NCBI GenBank assembly: GCA_009995545.1
Contig: JAACPI010000004.1
Location: forward strand, 1 to 61,090
Length of the DNA: 61,090 nt
Origin: a bacterium
GTDB taxonomy: Bacteria; Patescibacteriota; WWE3; 2-01-FULL-39-13; JAACPI01
Reading direction: 5' to 3'
A model generated the notes under the pieces. It had not been told where the DNA came from. It saw only the letters and a list, made by a program, of their open reading frames with translations, and made no database searches. Below are positions 1 to 9,107 of the stretch, one piece after another (within the stretch, counting starts at the first letter, position 1; every line of letters begins with the position of its first letter). A program made the position numbers and the translations under genes.

Positions 1-99
1 GTTGAGCGTGGAGAGGTTAATCCTACTGCGGATATAATAGATTCAATAGCTAAAGCTTTAAAAATTAAGATTAAATTTCCTCTTGGAGATTCTAAATAA
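1..99 (+). CDS. XRE-family helix-turn-helix protein, C-terminal part (5' end outside window)
   Basis: Frame 1 reads VERGEVNPTADIIDSIAKALKIKIKFPLGDSK*, matching the ERG...NP.......IA.AL end of XRE domains. Confidence 0.7.
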   Translation, partial: VERGEVNPTADIIDSIAKALKIKIKFPLGDSK

Positions 100-556
100 G
101 ATTTTTTAAACCTAAAAACTTAAACATTTCCTTCGCATAGCTTATCCCTTCAATTCTTCTCATAATCTCAAGACTATTGCTATATGAAAGTATATTTAAG
201 CTTCCCTCCCACAAAATTTGTTTATCAATAATTGCTAACTTTCTGTGATGAAAACCTCTTAACAAGACTATGTTTATCCATAATTCCTTGCACTTTAATA
301 TTTCATTTGTTGATTGGTGCCTAAAATATTCATCATCATGATCTACTGGATCTCTTGTTATTAAATGTATTTTTATATTTTTATGTAATAAACCTTGAAA
401 GACTGGATAAAGAGTTTCCATTCTGGAAGATGTAATATATGGGCTTTCAATAACTACCTCCTTTTTGCTACAACTTAAGTCTTTCAAAAATCTTTTATAA
501 AACGTCTTTTCATTAAATAATTCTGATTTAAATGTATTATTGCGTAGACTAAACAT
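92..556 (-). CDS. Phospholipase D/nuclease-domain protein (single HKD motif)
   Basis: HRKLAIID...WEGSLN motif and IESPYI. ATG at 556 preferred over the ORF-track start at 652. Confidence 0.8.
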   Translation of the reverse strand: MFSLRNNTFKSELFNEKTFYKRFLKDLSCSKKEVVIESPYITSSRMETLYPVFQGLLHKNIKIHLITRDPVDHDDEYFRHQSTNEILKCKELWINIVLLRGFHHRKLAIIDKQILWEGSLNILSYSNSLEIMRRIEGISYAKEMFKFLGLKNLI

Positions 557-681
557 ATAATTAATTGATATTATCAATATAATACGTAGGTAAAGACCTT
601 GAAGGTAAGCCTTCTTGTTTATCCTTTTCCTCTTGATCAGAAGGATAAGCAAGCATTATTTTGTAAATCCAAGGGAAAAAT

Positions 682-711
682 GGTTCGAAACAAGATGCAC
701 TAGGGTCACCA
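682..711 (+). mobile_element. Putative att site: degenerate tRNA 3'-end remnant
   Basis: GGTTCGAA...CTAGGGTCACCA resembles a T-loop plus acceptor 3' strand ending in CCA; no tRNA 5' half is present. Confidence 0.5.
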
Positions 712-722
712 AAAACAAGATC

Positions 723-1355
723 CTAATTTTTAAACCCCTTCAGTAATTCCTTAGAAGTTATAGTTTTTCCGTACATTACTGGAAAGGTGTACTTTATTAA
801 AGTTTTTTGTAAAGCTTGCCTAATTTTTACATCGGTAGTTTCTATTAGGTCTTTTAAAATAACAAAGTTATACCCCTTAGAAAAACCTCCAATAACCGAT
901 GCTAAAACACACCCATCGGTAAAAATTCCAGTAATTATAATGTACTTTATTTTTTCTTTAGCTAGTTTTTTACACAAATCTTGGTTAGTAAAAACATCGT
1001 AGGTATTTTTAGCTATTACGAAATCACTTTTTTCTACTTTTACTTCATAAAATTGTTCATCAAAACCTGTTGTGTCTTCACTATAATAAGTACATTTTGG
1101 GTCTTTATACAACTCGATTAAGTTTTTAGCTAAGTGTTTTTTATCCCAAGGAGTTATAGTTGTTACTACAACCAAACCCCCCACTTTTTTTCTATATTCT
1201 TTAATAAAGTTATTTAGTTTTGGAAGCATTGTTCTTATTTTTGAAAAATGTATCCCCCATTCTGGAGTTTCACAATCTTTATGCGCGCAAGAATTTACAG
1301 GGTCGATAACTATTAGGGCGGTGTTATCTTTAGTCATTTCTTTATATATTTTCAT
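723..1355 (-). CDS. Isochorismatase-family cysteine hydrolase
   Basis: TALIVID, K..YDVF and TGIFTDGCV supply the D-K-C triad motifs. Confidence 0.9.
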   Translation of the reverse strand: MKIYKEMTKDNTALIVIDPVNSCAHKDCETPEWGIHFSKIRTMLPKLNNFIKEYRKKVGGLVVVTTITPWDKKHLAKNLIELYKDPKCTYYSEDTTGFDEQFYEVKVEKSDFVIAKNTYDVFTNQDLCKKLAKEKIKYIIITGIFTDGCVLASVIGGFSKGYNFVILKDLIETTDVKIRQALQKTLIKYTFPVMYGKTITSKELLKGFKN

Positions 1356-1416
1356 ACTTAAATATTATCACTCTATTCTATATCTTTTATGATTTTATCA
1401 ATTTATAATTATTTTA

Positions 1417-2190
1417 ATGCTATTTAAAGGACTAATTAACTCATTTATTGGGGTGTTTTTTGGCAATATTATCGGTTTTTTTAAGTCCCCCAAAGAGGAT
1501 AGTTCTTTAATTTGGAAAGGTGATCCCTACTATAAACAACCTGGGAAAGTAACTTTGTGGATGCCCTTAAGCTTTGGTATTGGATTTATACTTATGGGTC
1601 TGCCCTGGGTAACTTTCATACAAAGTGAGCTTATTTTTCGAGTCTTCGGTTCTGTTTTTGTAAGTATTGGGTATTTTGCACTTACTGGATTTACATTACA
1701 CCTTGCACAGCTCTATATGTACGATAATAGAATAGAGGTTAGAGCATTAAAACAGCTTATTTTAGTTATAAACTCTCAAGATATAGTCGCTCTACTAAAA
1801 GTAAAATCAAACTCACCGCAATATAATTTACTTTATAAGGTAAGGGGTAAATATAATTTATTAAGTTCTCTGGGCTTAAACTTTTATATCCCAGTAGATA
1901 TCTTAAAATCAAAGTGGGGGGTTAAAGAAATAGAGGTAGCAGATTTAGATAACGTTTGGTCTAAAAATTCAAATGCGTCTATTTTAGATAAAGCCTTGTC
2001 TTACCTGACTAGGGTTTTTAACCCATTTGTGGCCTTAGTATTCTATATAGCAATCTATGGCCCTTTTGCCAATTTTTTTACAGGATTGTTGGTTTTAGAG
2101 TCAATTTCTATCTTTTTCAGTCTTATTACGAAGTATTTTATTAACAAGTATAGCCCTAGATTAAATAAATCTTTGCTAGAGGAAATATAG
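1417..2190 (+). CDS. Hypothetical membrane protein
   Basis: 257-aa ORF with several hydrophobic segments; TATAAT 7 nt before ATG. Confidence 0.65.
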   Translation: MLFKGLINSFIGVFFGNIIGFFKSPKEDSSLIWKGDPYYKQPGKVTLWMPLSFGIGFILMGLPWVTFIQSELIFRVFGSVFVSIGYFALTGFTLHLAQLYMYDNRIEVRALKQLILVINSQDIVALLKVKSNSPQYNLLYKVRGKYNLLSSLGLNFYIPVDILKSKWGVKEIEVADLDNVWSKNSNASILDKALSYLTRVFNPFVALVFYIAIYGPFANFFTGLLVLESISIFFSLITKYFINKYSPRLNKSLLEEI

Positions 2191-2209
2191 TTAGTAAAAT
2201 TAAAATAGT

Positions 2210-2260
2210 TACTTTCTCCCCGTATTTATTTTTCTAGTAGTTTCTCGTAGGTCTATTTTT
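2210..2260. repeat. 51-bp direct repeat, copy A (duplicate of the 3' end of the AlkD-like gene)
   Basis: tactttctccccgtatttatttttctagtagtttctcgtaggtctattttt matches 3358-3408 with 3 mismatches. Confidence 0.9.
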
Positions 2261-2358
2261 ACCTTCAATGAGGTGGATTCTTGTGCAGGGGATGAGCTCC
2301 TTTCCAAGTAGTGTGTTCCTAACATTAAGTATTTTTTTATTATTGTTATAATATATCC

Positions 2359-3306
2359 ATGCTTTTTTATAATGTAATAACAGAGTTGTTTGCAACACAA
2401 GTTTTGTTTGTAGTAATTATTGAGGTTGCCATCTTACTCTCCGCTACTTTTATTTTTAAACTAAAAATATCCCCAAAGATTATTTTATTTAGCATAATTG
2501 TCGCTTTTGTTCTTTCATTGTTAAGCATAGTTTTTGTGCGAGGTGACTATGGGGGAACGGCATATCACGAAAGGTTTGGGTGGCCTCTTCAATATCATAG
2601 CGTTTCAAGAAACATTGAATTGGGAACCGATATTGCAGTACCTTACCAAAAGTCTTTCGGCGTATTTAAATTTGTTGTAAATACTTTATTTTGGTCCATT
2701 TTTCCGCTTATTATATTAATATTTTTTTCTAAAAAAGATGAAAACCAAAAAAGGTCATTATTTTTAATCGTTTCATTATTAATATTTTTATCTTTTATTT
2801 TATTTTTTTCTTATTCAAACAACATTGGCGAGCAAAACAGGAGAAATGAAGGTTCTTTAAGAGAAGTATCAAGCTACGATCCGAACATTCAAATTAGTGA
2901 TAAAGCTAATGTTTGCATTTCCGTCTTTTCTGGAATGCCTGACCCATGTGTTGATTTATCAGAACAACAAACTGTTGAGCTTGTCGAAAAAATTAAATTG
3001 TTACCAAATGCAAAAAGTGATGCGTATATAAGAGATACTGGCTTAGGTTATAGGGTAATAACTGGCAATCTTGCTAATAACTTAGATTTAAGTATTGATA
3101 AATCTTTTGTAATGTTTCAAGTATTTGAAGAGTTAGTTGCTTACAATCCAAATATAAAAGCCGGGATTAGTTCAATGAGTTATACAGATGAACCAAACCC
3201 CAACTTAATTTATAGGGTTGATAAAAGCAGAGAATTAGAAAAATGGCTAGCTAGTTTAATACCTACTGATTCAGAAACACAAAAGCTTGTCGACGATCTT
3301 TTTTAA
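2359..3306 (+). CDS. Hypothetical membrane protein (4 N-terminal TM segments, soluble C-terminal domain)
   Basis: 315-aa ORF with an FGWP motif between hydrophobic helices. Confidence 0.7.
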   Translation: MLFYNVITELFATQVLFVVIIEVAILLSATFIFKLKISPKIILFSIIVAFVLSLLSIVFVRGDYGGTAYHERFGWPLQYHSVSRNIELGTDIAVPYQKSFGVFKFVVNTLFWSIFPLIILIFFSKKDENQKRSLFLIVSLLIFLSFILFFSYSNNIGEQNRRNEGSLREVSSYDPNIQISDKANVCISVFSGMPDPCVDLSEQQTVELVEKIKLLPNAKSDAYIRDTGLGYRVITGNLANNLDLSIDKSFVMFQVFEELVAYNPNIKAGISSMSYTDEPNPNLIYRVDKSRELEKWLASLIPTDSETQKLVDDLF

Positions 3307-3356
3307 AGACTGGTGAAGAGGTCAGTAATACTTTGGTTAATTCAATAGCGGGGTGT

Positions 3357-4076
3357 CTACTTTCTTCCCGTATTTATTTTTCTAGTAGTTTCTCGTACGG
3401 CTATTTTTGGTAAAGAGTCTTTATTCTCATTTAAAAACTCTTGTACCTCTTTTTTATAATTTTTAACCATTTCTCTTAAAAGCCAGGATACAGCTTTGGT
3501 TATTAAAATATCTTTTTCGCTCTGTAAGTTTTGAATATTTTTAAAAGCCATTTTTTGCAGATCTATACTTTTAGCTTGCCTAGCTGGTTTAGTTAGTAAA
3601 ACTAAACTCGCCCCTCTTTTGCTAATATTTTTATCTTTATTTAACTCGTTTAAAAGTTTTTTCCAACTCTCCCAACCATTTAAAACTACTTCTGCTGTAA
3701 AAAGTGTTTGGCAAAGTGAGTCTACTTCTGCCCAACCGGTTAAGTAACCTAACCACTCGTTAATTTTATTCGTTTTAATTTTGCCTAAATAATTTTTGTA
3801 GCAACCTATTAAGTAACTAGCTAAATACTTTTCTGTTGTCGATTTACCCTTACTGTATAAAGAATCTAATAGAGTAATAAAACCGTTAAATTCTAAATTT
3901 TTATTAGATGTATAAAAATCTTTAGCAATGTTTTTTATTTGAGGATTAGAAAGAAAGTAGATTTTTGTAGAGCTTTTACTCCCCGAGTAGCCTTGCGGTA
4001 GTTTAGAAATTATAGGGTTTTTGCTGTTTTCAAGTTCTAACTTTTCTAGTAATTGAGTGTGACATTTGTGTAACAT
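3357..4076 (-). CDS. DNA alkylation repair protein (AlkD-like HEAT-repeat glycosylase family)
   Basis: GWAEVDSLC, ITKAVSWLLRE and LPKIAVRE motifs. Confidence 0.85.
   Translation of the reverse strand: MLHKCHTQLLEKLELENSKNPIISKLPQGYSGSKSSTKIYFLSNPQIKNIAKDFYTSNKNLEFNGFITLLDSLYSKGKSTTEKYLASYLIGCYKNYLGKIKTNKINEWLGYLTGWAEVDSLCQTLFTAEVVLNGWESWKKLLNELNKDKNISKRGASLVLLTKPARQAKSIDLQKMAFKNIQNLQSEKDILITKAVSWLLREMVKNYKKEVQEFLNENKDSLPKIAVRETTRKINTGRK
3358..3408. repeat. 51-bp direct repeat, copy B (inside the AlkD-like gene 3' end)
   Basis: Matches 2210-2260; both copies encode RETTRKINTGRK* on the minus strand. Confidence 0.9.
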
Positions 4077-4117
4077 TTATATCAATTGTATTGAAAATGT
4101 GACAAATTTAAAAAGAC

Positions 4118-4546
4118 TTAAACAGTTAAAAATCTCCCTTTTGTAAATGGGGGATAACAGATTTCATAAAAAATTAAGTCCGAGTCCTCAGCAGCCTCCC
4201 AGTGCATAATATCTCCAACTAATACTTCCATTTCAAATATTCTATTTTCATCACACACGAATTCTAGTATATCGCTACCTCTTTCAATATAAAATTTTCC
4301 TTTTCCCGCAAAAAATACTTCCACAGTCTTTTCTCCTTTGAAAACCAGTTGTCTGGGAGTAGAGTAACCTGCCTTGACTAAAACTAGTCCTAAGTCTTTC
4401 TCATTATCATTTGGGTTTTTGTATGCCCAACAATATACCCCTTCTGTAACTTCTCCTTCATCAATTATTTCTAACTCGGGTATTTCTTCTGCGATTGAGC
4501 AAATTAAACTTTCGGATTCGAATCTTTGTTCTCCTACAGTAATCAT
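4118..4546 (-). CDS. Hypothetical cupin-fold protein
   Basis: E....GKG.F and VLVGDIMHW....LIFYEICYPPF beta-strand pattern typical of cupins. Confidence 0.6.
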   Translation of the reverse strand: MITVGEQRFESESLICSIAEEIPELEIIDEGEVTEGVYCWAYKNPNDNEKDLGLVLVKAGYSTPRQLVFKGEKTVEVFFAGKGKFYIERGSDILEFVCDENRIFEMEVLVGDIMHWEAAEDSDLIFYEICYPPFTKGRFLTV

Positions 4547-4575
4547 AGTGAGTACTTAGGCAGGGTAAATTTTAA

Positions 4576-6390
4576 TTACTTTCTTCTGGCTTCTCTTGCC
4601 CTTTCAGCGTTGTTTAAAATTCTTTTTCTTGTTCTTAGTGACTTAGGGGTTACTTCTAAAAGTTCGTCGTTTTCTAAAAAGTTTAAACTTTGTTCTAAAT
4701 CCATAACTATTGGGGGAGTTAAAATAACTGCTTCATCTCCTCCTGCGGATCTTACATTAGTCATCTTTTTTTCTTTGGTAACATTTATATCCATATCGTC
4801 GCCTCTGGTATTTAAACCTACTATCATTCCTTCGTAAACTTCGGTACCAGAACCTATAAATAAAGCCCCTCTGTTTTGTGCATTATTTAAACCGTAAGGA
4901 TTAGCTTTTCCTTGTGAGGAAGAAACTAAAACACCATTTCTTATTTTTGGTATAGCATTTCCCAATTGCCTAAATTCTATAAAACTTGTGTTCATTACCA
5001 AGCTACCTTTTGTGGCAGTAAGCAATAAGTTCCGTAGACCTAAAGTTCCCCTTGTAGGTATTTCAAAAACTAAAACTGTAGTCATAGTGCCTTCTTCTTT
5101 TTGTAGTACTAGTAATCCTCCTCTTTTTAATATTTCTCCTGTTACACTACTTGCCGCGTTGTTAGGAACTTGTAATGAAAGCTCTTCGTAAGGCTCTTTT
5201 TTTATACCGTCCTCCTCTTTTATAATAACCTGGGGTTTCCCAACCTGCATTTCAAATCCTTCTCTTCTCATATTTTCTAAAAGTACAGATAAATGTAGTT
5301 CTCCTCTACCGGATACTAGAAATTCGCCACTTGGTCCCATTTCCATTTTTAAAGAAACATTCGTTTCTAGTTCTTTATCTAATCTTTCTTTAATATGTCT
5401 GCTTGTTACTAATTTTCCTTCTCTTCCTAAAAAGGGTGAGGTATTTGGTGAAATAGCAATTTTAATTGTAGGGTCTTGAACAATAATTCTAGGCATTGCT
5501 TCTGTAACAGAAGTATCTGAAAGAGTGTCTCCAATAGAAGCATTTTTAATACCTGTTATATAAACAATATCTCCTGTTAATCCTTCATCTATCTCTATTC
5601 TGTTTAAGCCTTGATTTGTGTATAGATTTTCTATTTTGTAGGTTTCCTTTGCTTTTTCTGTGAATAAAGTTACGTCCATACCTCTTCTAATAGATCCTGA
5701 GTGTACTCTTCCTAACGCGTATTTTCCTTTATAGTTGTCCCAGTCTAAGCTCGATATTAGCATCTGAAAAGGTTCTGCGCTTAAGTCCTCTGGACTTGGT
5801 ATGTGTTCTACCAAACCCTCAAATAGGTCGGTTAAATCCTTTTTTTCATTATAGTCTTCAGGTAAGTGCTTCCAAGCCTTACCTTCTCTTCCAATTGCAT
5901 AGTAAACTGGAAATTCCAAATCTTCTTCTTTTGTAGCTAAGTCTAAAAATAAATCGTATGTTCTGTTTAAAGCCTGTTTAGGATTACAGTCTATCTTATC
6001 GATTTTATTTATTACTAATATTATTTTTAAGCCAAGTTCTAATGCTTTTTTTAAAACATATCTAGTCTGGGGCATAGGGCCTTCTTTTGCATCTACGATA
6101 AGTAAAGCTGCATCAGCCATGTTTAGGGTTCTTTCTACTTCTCCACTAAAATCACTGTGGCCTGGGGTGTCAATAATATTAATTTTGGTATCTTTGTAGG
6201 TTATAGCTGTATTTTTAGCTAAAATAGTGATTCCTCTTTCTCGTTCTTGGTCATTAGAGTCTAAAATTAACTCCTCATTCATGTAGCTTTCATTTTCTCT
6301 AAATGAGTGGGATTGTTTTAACAATTCGTCAACTAGGCTAGTCTTTCCATGGTCAACGTGGGCTATAACTGCAATATTTTTAATATTCAT
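4576..6390 (-). CDS. typA: Translational GTPase TypA/BipA
   Basis: AHVDHGKT, RGITI, DTPGH, NKID, GRGELHL and ELLEVTPKSLR. Confidence 0.97.
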   Translation of the reverse strand: MNIKNIAVIAHVDHGKTSLVDELLKQSHSFRENESYMNEELILDSNDQERERGITILAKNTAITYKDTKINIIDTPGHSDFSGEVERTLNMADAALLIVDAKEGPMPQTRYVLKKALELGLKIILVINKIDKIDCNPKQALNRTYDLFLDLATKEEDLEFPVYYAIGREGKAWKHLPEDYNEKKDLTDLFEGLVEHIPSPEDLSAEPFQMLISSLDWDNYKGKYALGRVHSGSIRRGMDVTLFTEKAKETYKIENLYTNQGLNRIEIDEGLTGDIVYITGIKNASIGDTLSDTSVTEAMPRIIVQDPTIKIAISPNTSPFLGREGKLVTSRHIKERLDKELETNVSLKMEMGPSGEFLVSGRGELHLSVLLENMRREGFEMQVGKPQVIIKEEDGIKKEPYEELSLQVPNNAASSVTGEILKRGGLLVLQKEEGTMTTVLVFEIPTRGTLGLRNLLLTATKGSLVMNTSFIEFRQLGNAIPKIRNGVLVSSSQGKANPYGLNNAQNRGALFIGSGTEVYEGMIVGLNTRGDDMDINVTKEKKMTNVRSAGGDEAVILTPPIVMDLEQSLNFLENDELLEVTPKSLRTRKRILNNAERAREARRK

Positions 6391-6441
6391 ATAAATGTTG
6401 TTTACTAAAATAAAAGGAGAATGTGGAATTCTAGCGTAGAT

Positions 6442-6470
6442 ATGTTACTAGTAAGGCTTTAAATAGTCAA
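6442..6470 (-). promoter_or_regulatory. Sigma70-type promoter of typA
   Basis: Minus strand TTGACT-17 nt-TAACAT. Confidence 0.55.
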
Positions 6471-6720
6471 TAAAGGAGTTAAATTGTAGGCATACTTTTT
6501 TTATGAGTTTGTAAAAAAGTAGCCTATAAACTCCCGGGTAGTGTAGTATAGTAAATGTAGTTTTCTGGTACTTTTTTTGTTTGTTTTCGCTCGGCATTTA
6601 ATTTTTCTATAAGTTATTTAGCCCCATAAAGGGCTATACTAAAGGATGATACATACTAAATACTCAGATTGTAATTTAGATTATAATAAGGTAAGATTTA
6701 TGTCCGTATAGTAATTACTT

Positions 6721-6756
6721 AAACCCCCCACAAGTAGGTATCTTGAGGGTGTTTTA
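6721..6756 (+). terminator. Imperfect hairpin with short T-tract in the greA leader
   Basis: aaacccccca-caag...cttg-agggtgttt followed by tattct. Confidence 0.35.
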
Positions 6757-6772
6757 TTCTATTTATAAAGAT

Positions 6773-7237
6773 ATGAAAGAAGATTTGATATTAACAAAAG
6801 AAGGCTTGGAAAAGCTTAAAAAAGAGCACACTGAGCTTGTTGATATAAAGAGACCTAAAAATATAGAAACTATTAGGTCAACTAGGGCTATGGGAGATTT
6901 ATCTGAAAATGGGGGCTATCACGCAGCCCGAGATGAGCAGTCTTTTATTGAAAGTCGAATCCAAGAGCTTGAGGAAATCTTTAAACGAGCTAAGGTTGCA
7001 AGTGGTACCAAAACAAAATCAGTATCCGTTGGTTCTAAGGTCGTCCTAGAAAGTTATCAAAATAAAGATAAAGTTATCTACGAATTAGTGGGTGCTACCG
7101 AAGCGGATCCTGTGAATAATAAAATATCTTACGAATCCCCTTTAGGTAAAGGTCTTATGGGTAAAAAGCCAGGAGATTTATTTACTATTCAGGTCCCTGT
7201 AGGAGAACTCAAGTATAAAATTTTAGAAGTAAAATAA
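6773..7237 (+). CDS. greA: Transcription elongation factor GreA
   Basis: LTKEG..KL..E, GDLSEN.GY and ISYESPLG. ATG at 6773 preferred. Confidence 0.95.
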   Translation: MKEDLILTKEGLEKLKKEHTELVDIKRPKNIETIRSTRAMGDLSENGGYHAARDEQSFIESRIQELEEIFKRAKVASGTKTKSVSVGSKVVLESYQNKDKVIYELVGATEADPVNNKISYESPLGKGLMGKKPGDLFTIQVPVGELKYKILEVK

Positions 7238-7238
7238 A

Positions 7239-7703
7239 ATGTCACAGGTTAAAACCAACTATATCTCTAAGCTCCGTGCTGAAGAACTAGAACAGGAATT
7301 AAAGTTTCTTTTAGAGGTTAAACAACCGGATATAGCAAAAAAAATATTAGAAGCCCGTGAAATGGGCAACCTACAAGAGAATAGTTCCTTTGATTTATAT
7401 ATAGAAGAGCAGGAATTAGTTACTTCTAGGGTAAGAGACATTCAGAACTTACTTGCAAGTGCTAAAATAATAAAAGATACTAAATTTACAACTGTTGAGG
7501 TAGGTACTACCGTAATAGTTGAAGTTGAGGGGAGACAAGATGAATTTACTATTGTCGGAGTATCTGAAGTACAACCGACAAGTGGTAGAATATCCCACGA
7601 ATCCCCAGTAGGTAAGGCATTATTAGGCGCAGCTACAGGCCAAGAAGTATTGGTAGAAACAGAGGTTTATTCTGCCATTTACAAAATTATAAATATTAAA
7701 TAA
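7239..7703 (+). CDS. GreA/GreB-family paralog with altered acidic tip
   Basis: AREMGNLQENSSF and ISHESPVGKALLG. Confidence 0.9.
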   Translation: MSQVKTNYISKLRAEELEQELKFLLEVKQPDIAKKILEAREMGNLQENSSFDLYIEEQELVTSRVRDIQNLLASAKIIKDTKFTTVEVGTTVIVEVEGRQDEFTIVGVSEVQPTSGRISHESPVGKALLGAATGQEVLVETEVYSAIYKIINIK

Positions 7704-9049
7704 TGACCAATTCTCTGAATTACGGAGATAACTTAGATAAATATAAGAACTTAATTCCCAAAGAGGTGGAAAAACACCTACCCCTTTATAAAGCTCTTAT
7801 ATGTCAAATATCGGATGTTCAAGATAAACTTGAAAAAAACTTTTATAGAGTTCCGGATTTAGAAAAACTTAAACAAGCAGTTTTAGACGGAAAAATAAAA
7901 CCCGCTAAATATTCTATAATTGAGGAGGTATCTGGAGGTTATCACCTAGTAAAGTTTAGTGACTTTTTTGAAACTGAATTTGAAAAAATAATTGTTAATC
8001 TTCAACGTATAGAAAAGGACCTAGTTCCCGGCAAATATGCTGAGTACATACAAGCACTAATATCTGCTTTTAAAAACAACAACTTCATAGACCCTTACAA
8101 AAAGTGGGTTCAACTAACTACTTTGGATTACCCAGTAGACTTTATTATACTTCCTACTGAGCCTGATTTAGATAAGGTTTTCGACAGTATTTTATCCTTT
8201 GACGCTTCTTTAAGAGTTCACGCGCCTAATTTTTTATCATATAAAGTAGAGGAAGATTACATAAAATACTTAACTTCTGCCGTAAAAACTTTGCCAAGGC
8301 TTTCCGAGATTCATTACGGGTTTTCAGAGGATGCTTTAAAACTTCAGATTCGGGTAGATTACAATATTTACAGTGCTGGTGTACATTTTAAAAGAAGATT
8401 CTACGGACAAAATTTACCTAATGAAAGAGAATTTGTTATTAACTGGGGATCTAAAATTATAGTATATAAAAATTTAGTAGATGAATTTTCCTCCAATGGG
8501 GCCAGCGAATTAGGGAGCAAGGTTTTTGACAATTACACACTAACTTCAGAGGAGCTGTCTCGAGCTGTCAGTGAGAAACTTTTAGTACACGAAGTAACAG
8601 AGTCTTTAATGAAGTTCGAAGGTGACTCAGCTAGACTAGGTAAAAGCTACTTTAAGGTAAGAGAAATGAATGCAGAAATGTCTGGAATTAAGAATTACAT
8701 TCTATTTTTACTTAAACTTGAGGATTCTGCCAGAGGTATGCATAACTTAGCTACCGCCTACATACTTTCGGCTTTAGACTACTACCGAAGAAAGCATGCT
8801 CCCGAGGATAGATCTGCACATTACCACGGCTATATGGCTGCTATTAATTATTTTGCAGAAAAAGGTGGCATAAAGTTTGTCGAAGGTAACAAGTTAACTT
8901 GTGATACTAAAATTATTCTAAAAAGTATCTCAGAATTATCCGATATTTTGGTTAGTTTACTTATAAAGGGTACACAACAAGAGGCACAGGACTTTTTTGA
9001 AAAATATTCTTCAGAAGATTTACCCAAACGTGCCTTAAATATTAAATAG
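7703..9049 (+). CDS. Peptidase M49 (DPP III/NUDT3)-like protein with degenerate zinc motif
   Basis: NLPNE....WGSK, HEVTE, REMNAE and INYFAEKGG resemble short bacterial/plant M49 proteins. TAATG coupling to the upstream gene. Confidence 0.6.
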   Translation: MTNSLNYGDNLDKYKNLIPKEVEKHLPLYKALICQISDVQDKLEKNFYRVPDLEKLKQAVLDGKIKPAKYSIIEEVSGGYHLVKFSDFFETEFEKIIVNLQRIEKDLVPGKYAEYIQALISAFKNNNFIDPYKKWVQLTTLDYPVDFIILPTEPDLDKVFDSILSFDASLRVHAPNFLSYKVEEDYIKYLTSAVKTLPRLSEIHYGFSEDALKLQIRVDYNIYSAGVHFKRRFYGQNLPNEREFVINWGSKIIVYKNLVDEFSSNGASELGSKVFDNYTLTSEELSRAVSEKLLVHEVTESLMKFEGDSARLGKSYFKVREMNAEMSGIKNYILFLLKLEDSARGMHNLATAYILSALDYYRRKHAPEDRSAHYHGYMAAINYFAEKGGIKFVEGNKLTCDTKIILKSISELSDILVSLLIKGTQQEAQDFFEKYSSEDLPKRALNIK

Positions 9050-9107
9050 CAGGTTAAACTACTTAGCTTGTCCTATCTCTTTCTTCGATATAAAATTTTA
9101 ACAATAT

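Noticed and set aside
2209..2400. 63-aa minus-strand ORF ending RETTRKINTGRK
   Set aside because: Its tail is the duplicated AlkD 3' end, and the rest overlaps the next gene's start; treated as a repeat, not a gene.
6411..6462. AAAAGGAG followed by a 13-codon plus-strand ORF
   Set aside because: SD-ATG spacing is only 1 nt and it overlaps the typA promoter on the other strand.
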